Under the pieces are notes generated by a model. The model saw nothing but the letters and a program-made list of their open reading frames with translations. It did no database searches and was not told the origin of the DNA. 64,000 nucleotides of DNA from an uncultured delta proteobacterium (GTDB lineage: Bacteria > Myxococcota_A > Polyangia > Polyangiales > Houyiibacteriaceae), in NCBI GenBank assembly GCA_963699755.1, contig CAVOVB010000001.1:960001-1024000 (forward strand), written 5' to 3'. Both the position numbers and the translations under genes were made by a program. Shown in pieces: positions 41,344-49,132 of the stretch. Within the stretch, counting starts at the first letter, position 1; each line of letters begins with the position of its first letter.

Positions 41344-42185
41344 ACGACGCGATCGAACAACCGCCGATGAAGAAGGGCCTCTCGGGTACCGCGCTTCGCG
41401 TCGCCACCGTCGTTCCGCTGATACCGATCATCCTCTGGATGATGTTCGCGGGGCCGCGTTGGCTCTGGCAAGCCTTCATCTTGGCGGCGATCGCAATCGG
41501 TGGTTACGAGCTCATGTCGATGAATTTTCCATCGTCCCGCGGGCTTCGCATTTGGGGTTCGATAACCTCCGTCTTGTTTGCATACGCGATCATCTTCATG
41601 ACGAGCTCCAGCGCTCTATACGGTATCGTCCTGATCATCGTCCTCGGTGCGATGGCTTGGAGCCTCTTACAAGAGGACCCGCTTCATAACGGGAGCATTC
41701 GCGTCGGCTGGTTGTTGGCCACGCCGATCTACGTGGGCGGCACTCTTGCGGCGGTCGCCCTCATCCGCGACTTCGATCCGACCGGGGCCTGGGTTCTTCT
41801 GGCGATGGCGCTTGCCTGGGGCAGCGACACGGCGGCGTATTTCGTTGGCCGCAAATTCGGGAAGACCAAGCTCGCGCCGCGGATTTCTCCCAAAAAAACG
41901 CTGGCGGGCTCGGCAGGGGGCTTGGGCGCGTCGGTCGTAGGGGCCCTGGCCATGAGCTTCTTTCTGCCGGATCTCGGACCCGTCGATGCGATCGCGCTCG
42001 GTGTTCTCGCTGGCTCTGCAGGACAGGCTGGCGACCTCTTCATATCGGTTCTCAAGCGGAGCAGCGGTGTGAAGGACAGTGGCGGAATCCTACCGGGGCA
42101 TGGAGGAATTCTCGACCGCGTGGACGCCCTTGCCTTCACGGCGCCGGCGACCTGGGCGTACGGCCACTTCATTGCCGGTTTCTGA
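41340..42185 (+). CDS. cdsA: Phosphatidate cytidylyltransferase
   Basis: SDTAAYFVG, ISPKKT, KRSSGVKDSG, PGHGGILDRVD. Confidence 0.94.
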   Translation: MNDAIEQPPMKKGLSGTALRVATVVPLIPIILWMMFAGPRWLWQAFILAAIAIGGYELMSMNFPSSRGLRIWGSITSVLFAYAIIFMTSSSALYGIVLIIVLGAMAWSLLQEDPLHNGSIRVGWLLATPIYVGGTLAAVALIRDFDPTGAWVLLAMALAWGSDTAAYFVGRKFGKTKLAPRISPKKTLAGSAGGLGASVVGALAMSFFLPDLGPVDAIALGVLAGSAGQAGDLFISVLKRSSGVKDSGGILPGHGGILDRVDALAFTAPATWAYGHFIAGF

Positions 42186-42197
42186 TATCCTCTTCGC

Positions 42198-43151
42198 GTG
42201 CTCGAGATTGAGTCCAGCGCTTCTGCTCCGCGCAGCGTATCGGGTGCAACGCGGCTCCTTCTGATATGGATCCTCTCGTTCTCAGCATGTGATCCCAGCG
42301 ATTCCGCCGAAGCACGGGTCGCGGAGACGCAAAGCCCAAAGTCGGCGAGGCACGATGACGCTACGCCTGCGAGGATCGATGCCGAATGGGTGGCTTCCAA
42401 GTTTCAAGCCCCGCCACCGCCGAAGCCTAATGATTGGCTTCGCGAAATCGAAAAAGATCCGATCGCTGCCTTGAAGCAAATGGATCCAGGCGCGCTTCAA
42501 CCTCGTCAGAACCAGTCGCCCAGGTCCTCCGAAACCGGGTCGTTGAGACCCGAGAATCGGGCTCAAAACAATGCGCAGGACCAGCCTGAGAAGCCTCTGG
42601 TCGGCTGGCCGCCAGTGCTCGGTCAGCTCTACCCGAACCTCGTCTTGAAGGACCAAACGGGGCAGATCACCGCGATCGGTGACTTCCAAGGGAAGGTGAT
42701 TCTCTTGGAAGTCGTCGGACTTACTTGCAAGGCCTGCCACGCGTTCGCTGGCGGCAATGAACCCGGCATGAGCCGCTTCCGAGGCGTCGAGCCGCAGCGC
42801 GGGCTCGTCTCGATCGATCGCTTCGCGATGGGTTATGCGGGGCTCTCACTTGAACATCCGGACATCGTCTTCGTTCAACTCGTGCTCTACGGAATGGACG
42901 GCGAAAGTCCGCCTGCCGAAGACGACGTGCGGGCCTGGGCGCGTCACTTCAAGATGGACCGACGCAACAATCAGGTCGTGTTGATCGGCGACCAGCGCTT
43001 CATCAGCCCACAAACCAGGAGGCTGATCCCTGGCTTCCACCTGATCGATCAGAACGGCATCCTTCGCTCGATGAGCAGCAACGACCCGCGCCACGATTCG
43101 CTGCACCGCTCGCTCCTTCCCAAGCTCGCGAGCCTGGTCAAAGGCGAATGA
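42198..43151 (+). CDS. Exported/lipoprotein thioredoxin-fold (redoxin-like) protein
   Basis: Possible lipobox FSAC, low-complexity linker, LKDQTG...FQGKVILLEVVGLTCKAC, IPGFHLIDQNGIL. Confidence 0.6.
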   Translation: MLEIESSASAPRSVSGATRLLLIWILSFSACDPSDSAEARVAETQSPKSARHDDATPARIDAEWVASKFQAPPPPKPNDWLREIEKDPIAALKQMDPGALQPRQNQSPRSSETGSLRPENRAQNNAQDQPEKPLVGWPPVLGQLYPNLVLKDQTGQITAIGDFQGKVILLEVVGLTCKACHAFAGGNEPGMSRFRGVEPQRGLVSIDRFAMGYAGLSLEHPDIVFVQLVLYGMDGESPPAEDDVRAWARHFKMDRRNNQVVLIGDQRFISPQTRRLIPGFHLIDQNGILRSMSSNDPRHDSLHRSLLPKLASLVKGE

Positions 43152-43154
43152 AGC

Positions 43155-43982
43155 TCAACGACCGGCGGCCTTCTTGATCGCCCCGAGGTCCAGGATGGCA
43201 GCTCCTTCGCCGACGATCGTGGGCTGCTTTCCGTCCCACTTTTCGACCGCCCGCAAGTATACGATTTCAGGGCTAATTGTGTTCCGGAGGAGCTCCTGTG
43301 CCTTCGCCTCGGCTTCCGCTTGGGCAAGCATCGCATTCGCCACACCCCGTGCCTTGGCCTCGGCCTGCTCGGCTTCGACCCTGATGCGCGCGAGGTCGTT
43401 CTTCGCAGTGAGAGCGCGCTGCTCGGCCACCTGTTTGGCTTCCACCGCCGCCTGGTACTCCGGCGCGAATTGGAAGTCCGTAATCGACAGCTCGGTCACC
43501 AGGATGTCGCTCTTGGCCAGCGTGACCTTGATGCTGTCACCCAGGGTCGCCTTCACCTCCTGACGCTTGGTGATCAGCTCTTCGGCGGTGTACTGCGCCG
43601 TCGCCTGTTTGAGCGACTCTTGAAGCGCGGGATCGATGATCGTGTTCTCGACGACCAAACGCGTCCCGATGTTGCGAAACACCTCGACCACCTGCGCAGC
43701 GTCGATTCGGTAGTTCAACGCGATCTTGGTCGACACGACCTGAAGGTCTTTGGACGATGCGGTCGCGCTTGCTTCCATCTTGTGCACGCGCGTCGAGATG
43801 TTGATGATCTGCGTCTTGACCGGTGTTCGGAAGTGGATGCCTTCCTGGAGCGCGATATCCTGGATCTCGCCCCATTTGGTCACGACGCCCAGGTTGCCCG
43901 CGTCGACCTGGGTGCAGCCCGACAGCCCAGCAAAAAATAGTCCTACGACGAGGGTTTTGAGCAATTCTGAATCCACTTTCAT
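43155..43982 (-). CDS. SPFH/prohibitin-family membrane protein
   Basis: GVVTKWG, ASSKDLQV, AEELITKR, AVEAKQVAEQ coiled coil, EKWDG. Confidence 0.9.
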   Translation of the reverse strand: MKVDSELLKTLVVGLFFAGLSGCTQVDAGNLGVVTKWGEIQDIALQEGIHFRTPVKTQIINISTRVHKMEASATASSKDLQVVSTKIALNYRIDAAQVVEVFRNIGTRLVVENTIIDPALQESLKQATAQYTAEELITKRQEVKATLGDSIKVTLAKSDILVTELSITDFQFAPEYQAAVEAKQVAEQRALTAKNDLARIRVEAEQAEAKARGVANAMLAQAEAEAKAQELLRNTISPEIVYLRAVEKWDGKQPTIVGEGAAILDLGAIKKAAGR

Positions 43983-44032
43983 ATGCATTTCCACTTCTAT
44001 AGCGCTCCCGAGCCGATTGTCGCCCCGCTTGG

Positions 44033-44686
44033 TCACCAATCCAAGAGCGCAACGAGGATGCCGGTCGCCACGATCAGCGCGCCCGCCATGCTGTCGCCAT
44101 AGTGTTCGATCCACTCGCCTTTGAACAGTCGCGCGCCAGAGTGGGCCAAGGCAACCAAGGCGACCATCGCGCCAACGGTAGCAACCTCATACGCGACGAC
44201 GATCGACGCCGTCTCCACGCTGGACAGCGGAGCCGCCGCAAACAAGATTGGAATCACGGCGACGCAAGGGTCGGCACAGTAGATCAAGAAGAGCGACCAA
44301 GTCGAGGCGCGTGACGCGTCGTGGACGTGGTCGTAGTGATGATGATGGTGACCGTGGAGCCTGTGGGCGAACGCGCCGCGAAGACCCCAGATCGCATAGG
44401 CGACGCCGAAGCCAATCAAGAGCAAACCCGCAACCGATACCATGCGCTCGCCGAACGACTGAAAGAGCTGCGCCCCGAACATCAGCGCGAGCAAGCCCAG
44501 CAGGACGGACACCGTCACGTGACCGAGCCCGCAGATGAAGGCGACCCGGGCTGCCCTTGCTCTGGACCAGTTTCGCGCCCGGGCCACGGCAGCGATCGGA
44601 ACCCAGTGATCGGGGGCCAAAGAGTGCAATGATCCTATGGTGATGGCCCCGGTGGCCAGGGATAGGAAAAGGCTAGTGCTGCTCAT
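44033..44686 (-). CDS. Nickel/cobalt transporter-like membrane protein (NiCoT/UreH/RcnA-related)
   Basis: HSLAPDH, GLGH, His-rich loop HGHHHHHYDHVH, PC motif; overlaps the hypB stop. Confidence 0.75.
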   Translation of the reverse strand: MSSTSLFLSLATGAITIGSLHSLAPDHWVPIAAVARARNWSRARAARVAFICGLGHVTVSVLLGLLALMFGAQLFQSFGERMVSVAGLLLIGFGVAYAIWGLRGAFAHRLHGHHHHHYDHVHDASRASTWSLFLIYCADPCVAVIPILFAAAPLSSVETASIVVAYEVATVGAMVALVALAHSGARLFKGEWIEHYGDSMAGALIVATGILVALLDW

Positions 44687-45431
44687 GCTGCGATCCCTGT
44701 GGGTGCCCGTGATGGTGATGGTGATGCGTTTCCGCCGGCCGGGCCAACGCATCTGGACGTCGCTCTTCCAGCCAGTGCAGCCATGTGTCGATTCCCTCAC
44801 CGGTTTTTGCCGAGACCTTGAGCATCTTGGCTCCTGGCATCACGCGGGCGAGCGCGTCTTCGACTGCGTCGACGTCGAAATCCAAATGCGGAATCAAATC
44901 GACTTTGGTGAGCAACACCAGATCCGCTTTTTGAAACATGACGGGATACTTGAGCGGCTTGTCTTCGCCTTCGGTGACCGAGAGTGTCACCACGTTGGCG
45001 GCTTGGCCGAGATCGTAGATCGCGGGGCAAACCAAGTTGCCGACGTTCTCGATGAAAAAGATGTCGCGGTCGCTCGACGGGAAGTGATGCAGTGCGTGGT
45101 GTACCAGCCGCGCATCGAGATGGCAGGCAGACCCCGTAGTGATCGTAGACGAAACGATGCCCGCAGCATTGAGGCGATCGGCGTCTCGCTCGGTTGCTAG
45201 GTCACCGCTAACCGCGCCTAGCTTGAGGCGGCCCGCTGCCGCCTTGGAGGTAGCCTCCAAAACCGCGGTTTTCCCGGCTCCGGGAGAGCCCATCAGATTG
45301 ATCGCCAACACCCCTAAGCCCTCGAAATGATTCCTATTATGGCCCGCCTGAGCGTCGTTGTCGGAGAGGATTCTCTCCTGCACCTCGATCGGTACGATCT
45401 CCGGGTCACCGCATCCGCAGGTTTCACACAT
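44673..45431 (-). CDS. hypB: Hydrogenase nickel incorporation GTPase HypB
   Basis: MCETCGC, GSPGAGKT, CHLDA, ENVGNLVCPA, TKVD, His-rich tail. Confidence 0.95.
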   Translation of the reverse strand: MCETCGCGDPEIVPIEVQERILSDNDAQAGHNRNHFEGLGVLAINLMGSPGAGKTAVLEATSKAAAGRLKLGAVSGDLATERDADRLNAAGIVSSTITTGSACHLDARLVHHALHHFPSSDRDIFFIENVGNLVCPAIYDLGQAANVVTLSVTEGEDKPLKYPVMFQKADLVLLTKVDLIPHLDFDVDAVEDALARVMPGAKMLKVSAKTGEGIDTWLHWLEERRPDALARPAETHHHHHHGHPQGSQHEQH

Positions 45432-45771
45432 CGGGGGCCTCCATTTCAATTCGTTCCAAGATGATCTCGTCGCCCTGAATCATGCGCGCGGGTCGCCCGC
45501 AGTCATCGCAACGCAGGATCGCTCCGCGCGCAACGCTTCGCTCACACGAGGGACAGGCCCAAGCCGCAGCAACCGTATCGATCGCCAGCTCGGCGCCTTC
45601 ACAAATCGTGCGCTCGCGAAAAGTGTCGAACGCGGTCTTCAAGAGGTCGAGCTCGACTCCAGACAGCTCGCCGATCTTCACGTACAATCTGTGAACCCGC
45701 GAACCTCCGTGCAGGGCAGCTTCTTGTTGCACACGGTCGATCAGAGAAGCGATGATGGAGTACTCGTGCAT
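45424..45771 (-). CDS. hypA: Hydrogenase nickel metallochaperone HypA
   Basis: MHEYSI, GELSGVE, CPSC...CDDC. Confidence 0.94.
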   Translation of the reverse strand: MHEYSIIASLIDRVQQEAALHGGSRVHRLYVKIGELSGVELDLLKTAFDTFRERTICEGAELAIDTVAAAWACPSCERSVARGAILRCDDCGRPARMIQGDEIILERIEMEAPDV

Positions 45772-45774
45772 CTG

Positions 45775-46617
45775 TCAGTCGCTCTCGAACTCCGGTGAGC
45801 GCTTGTCGAAAAAGGCCGCCAGGCCTTCTGCGAAGTTGGGACCGTTGGCGATTCGCGCGAGCTCCGTCAGCTCAGCATCGAGATGAACGTCGAGACGATC
45901 CATGCCCGCCGCTTGATTGAGAAGGCTCTTTGCGACCCCGACCGCGCCGGTGGGCAAATCGGCGAGCTCCCGAGCGATTCGCGTCGCCTCCGCATCGAGC
46001 GAACTAGCCGGAATGACGCGGTTAATTAGACCCCATTCCAGGGCCTCCCGCGCAGTCAGACGCGGGTTGAGGAGCACCAGCTCGAGCGCTTTCCGAAGGC
46101 CGAGCAGGCGGGGAAGGAAGAAGGTCGAGCTTTCCGCACCCGTGAGCCCAGTTTTGAAGTATGCCCACTCGAACCAGGCGCGCTCCGAAGCAACGACGAG
46201 GTCGCAACTCATCGCAATTCCAAACCCCCCTGCTGCGGCTGGCCCGTCGACCACTGCGATGAACGGTTTCGGGGCGCGCCGAATCTCCGAGATGGTGCTA
46301 TGGATGTACTCGAGAATCTGTTTGAAGATTTCCCCATAGCCTGCGTCTGGCGTGCGGGTCTTTGGCTGCAGGTACCCGAGGTCTTCTCGATCGCCGCCGT
46401 CGCGGATGTACTTCAGGTCGGCGCCACTGCAGAACACGCCGCCCTCGCCTCGAATGACCACCGCGCGCACGTCGCGATCGCGCGCGAGCTGCAGACCTGC
46501 TCTTCGGAAGTCCTGAGCGGTCTCGATGTCGAGCGAGTTCAAACGTTCGCGGCGTGCGATGGTCAGGATGCCTACCGCTCCTTCTCGCTCGACTCGGATA
46601 TGTTTCATTTCGCCCAT
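45775..46617 (-). CDS. Stand-alone crotonase/enoyl-CoA-hydratase-fold protein inside the hyp operon (resembles HypX C-domain)
   Basis: FCSGADL, PFIAVVDGPAAAGG, AYFKTGLTGAESSTFFLPR; 3-nt gaps to both hypE and hypA. Confidence 0.88.
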   Translation of the reverse strand: MGEMKHIRVEREGAVGILTIARRERLNSLDIETAQDFRRAGLQLARDRDVRAVVIRGEGGVFCSGADLKYIRDGGDREDLGYLQPKTRTPDAGYGEIFKQILEYIHSTISEIRRAPKPFIAVVDGPAAAGGFGIAMSCDLVVASERAWFEWAYFKTGLTGAESSTFFLPRLLGLRKALELVLLNPRLTAREALEWGLINRVIPASSLDAEATRIARELADLPTGAVGVAKSLLNQAAGMDRLDVHLDAELTELARIANGPNFAEGLAAFFDKRSPEFESD

Positions 46618-46620
46618 CGC

Positions 46621-47658
46621 TCAGCAGATCCTCGGCAGAAGCTCGCCCTCGGCCTCGGCCAGCAAACGGCTTCCGAAGCCGGTGTCGAGAATCACAAATC
46701 CAGGCCGATCGGCCACGCATTCCCCGATAATTGCCGCGTTTCGGCCCAGCGGGTGCGAGCGAAGGGCGTCGAGCACTCCTGCTGCGACCTCGGGCCCTAG
46801 GCCGAAGATCGCCTTGCCTTCGTTCGCCGAGACGAGGGGGTCGATTCCGAGCAGCTCGCCCACAGCGCGAACCTCATCACGGAGCGGCACGGCGGTCTCG
46901 TCGATGATGATTCCGACGCCGCTCTTCTCGGCCATCTCGTGGAGCGCGCTCGAGAGCCCACCGCGCGTGGGATCCTTGAGAGCAACCACGCCCTCCCCGC
47001 CGACCTCGAGGCCTCGGCGAACCAGTGTGTGGATCGGCGCAACGTCGGACTCGAGCGTCGTCTCCAGCGCGAGCTCGTTGCGCGTTGCCATGATGGCCAG
47101 ACCGTGATCACCCATCGTTCCGGTGACCAGAATCTTGTCGCCCGGTCGCAGGCCGCAGTCCGAAACAAGGCGCGAGGTCAGCGCGACGCCGGTCGTGTTG
47201 AGGACCAAGCCGTCGAGCTCCCCGTGACCCATCACCTTCGTGTCGCCGGTGACGATCGTGGTGCCGGCCTCTTCGCAGGTTGCGCGGATCGACGCCCAAA
47301 TTCGGAGCAGATCCTCTTTTGGGAATCCGTCTTCGATAATCGCTGCGCAGGTCAATGCAAGGGGCTCGGTCGCTCCCATCATCGCGAGATCATTGACGGT
47401 TCCAGAGATCGCCAAGCGTCCGATGTCGCCGCCGGGAAACTCGATGGGCTGCACGACGTGCGAGTCGGTGGCGATGACGAGGTACTGATCGCCGATGCGA
47501 ATCGCCGCCCCGTCGTCCATGGCGCCGAGGCCGATGCCGTCTTCGACCTTACCGAGGCCCTTTGCAAAGACCTGCTCGATCAGCGCGCGCATCGCGCCAC
47601 CGCCGCTTCCGTACTTGAGCGTGATCCGTTCGTCGATGAAGCGGGCGTTGCGCGTCAT
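46621..47658 (-). CDS. hypE: Carbamoyl dehydratase HypE
   Basis: TDSHVV, FPGGDIG, GTVNDLAM, TGDTKV, DPTRGG, ANEG, C-terminal LPRIC. Confidence 0.95.
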   Translation of the reverse strand: MTRNARFIDERITLKYGSGGGAMRALIEQVFAKGLGKVEDGIGLGAMDDGAAIRIGDQYLVIATDSHVVQPIEFPGGDIGRLAISGTVNDLAMMGATEPLALTCAAIIEDGFPKEDLLRIWASIRATCEEAGTTIVTGDTKVMGHGELDGLVLNTTGVALTSRLVSDCGLRPGDKILVTGTMGDHGLAIMATRNELALETTLESDVAPIHTLVRRGLEVGGEGVVALKDPTRGGLSSALHEMAEKSGVGIIIDETAVPLRDEVRAVGELLGIDPLVSANEGKAIFGLGPEVAAGVLDALRSHPLGRNAAIIGECVADRPGFVILDTGFGSRLLAEAEGELLPRIC

Positions 47659-48803
47659 GCAGCGCCTCGCTTGATCGAACGAAGGTCCGGTCGACCGCCG
47701 TACTGATTCCAGATCTTGCAGGTGCCTTCCGCGCTCACCATGCAGGCGCCGACCGGCGTGTCGGGCGTGCATTCCTTCCCGAACAGTGGACAGTCGGATG
47801 GAGATGCGATCCCGGCCATGATGTCACCACACTGGCACTGCTGAACCAGCTTGGGCGGTGCGTAACTCCAGAGCGCCGACGCGTCGACGGTGAAGCGCTT
47901 TCTCGTGTCGTACTTCGCGAACTCATCGCGCAGGCGGAGGTTCCCGTTCGGGACATGGGCGATGCCCCGCCAGCGACCTCCGGTCGCACGGAACACCTGC
48001 CACAAGAGCTTCTGTGCATGGACGTTCCCTTCCCGAGTCACGCAGCGCGGAAATGCGTTTTCCACCCGGGGCTCACCGCTGTTGATGACCTCCATGAGCT
48101 TCACCAGGCCGGCCAAGACATCGAGTGGCTCAAACCCTGCGATCACCACCGGCAGGCCGTGACGCTCCACGAATTTCTCGAAGACGCCCGAGCCGGTGAT
48201 CGTGGCGGCGTGTCCGGCCGCGAGGAAGCCTTCGATTTTCGTCTCCGGCATTTCGGCCACAATCTCCATCACCGGAGGGATGTACTTGTGTGCCGAGAGC
48301 ACGGAGAAGTTGTCGGGCGGATCGTCGACCAAGACCGCTGCCGTTGCAACCGCGGTCGTCTCGAACCCCGAGGCAAAAAAGACGATGTCTTCGTCGAGCT
48401 CACGCGCGAGCTCGACGGCCTGCGTGACGCTGTACACCACGTCCACCTGTGCACCCTCGGCTTTTGCATCCGCGAGCGATTGAGACGTGCCGGGCACCCG
48501 CAGCATGTCACCGTACGACGCGATTCGCACACCCTGCTTTGCGAGCGCGACAGCTTCGTCGACCTCGGGCACGTCCGTCACGCAGACCGGGCATCCAGGT
48601 CCCATGATCACATGCAAATCCGGAGGAAAAGCGGCACGTAGGCCGAATTTCGCGATCGCCTGCTCATGGCTCCCGCAGACGTGCATCACCGACACCGGCG
48701 CATGATCGGCTTCATGCACCAGGCGATCGAGCGCTTCGCGAAGGCCGCGCGCGCGCGCCGGGTCGCGAAACTTGAGCTGGGCCACCTGGTCACTCGGATT
48801 CAT
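47655..48803 (-). CDS. hypD: Hydrogenase maturation scaffold HypD (divergent motifs)
   Basis: VCGSHE, GPGCPVC, GFETT, C-terminal Fe-S cysteines ending CMVSAEGTC. Confidence 0.93.
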   Translation of the reverse strand: MNPSDQVAQLKFRDPARARGLREALDRLVHEADHAPVSVMHVCGSHEQAIAKFGLRAAFPPDLHVIMGPGCPVCVTDVPEVDEAVALAKQGVRIASYGDMLRVPGTSQSLADAKAEGAQVDVVYSVTQAVELARELDEDIVFFASGFETTAVATAAVLVDDPPDNFSVLSAHKYIPPVMEIVAEMPETKIEGFLAAGHAATITGSGVFEKFVERHGLPVVIAGFEPLDVLAGLVKLMEVINSGEPRVENAFPRCVTREGNVHAQKLLWQVFRATGGRWRGIAHVPNGNLRLRDEFAKYDTRKRFTVDASALWSYAPPKLVQQCQCGDIMAGIASPSDCPLFGKECTPDTPVGACMVSAEGTCKIWNQYGGRPDLRSIKRGAA

Positions 48804-49113
48804 GAGAGCTTCTCTTCGAGCGATCCGTTGCATCGGGCGCGGCGGCGATCTCTCCACGAACATCTGCCGCCATCAAATCCTGCTCGTCGGCCAAGCGCAG
48901 AAGCTCGTCGTACAAGGCCAAGGTCTCGGCTGCCTCCTCCGGTGGAATCCGCCGAATCGCAAAGCCCACGTGATTCAAGATGAAGTCCCCGGGATCCACC
49001 GGCGCATCACAGACCTCCAGGCGCACTTGTTTCCTCACGCCCCAAAAATCGACGGTCGCGATCTGGTTCTCGCGGTCGACTTCGACCACCTTGCCGGGAA
49101 CACCTAAGCACAT
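48790..49113 (-). CDS. hypC: Hydrogenase chaperone HypC
   Basis: MCLGVPG...GDFILNHVGFAI. Confidence 0.94.
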   Translation of the reverse strand: MCLGVPGKVVEVDRENQIATVDFWGVRKQVRLEVCDAPVDPGDFILNHVGFAIRRIPPEEAAETLALYDELLRLADEQDLMAADVRGEIAAAPDATDRSKRSSHESE

Positions 49114-49132
49114 GGAAAAGCTCCTTGGGGCA

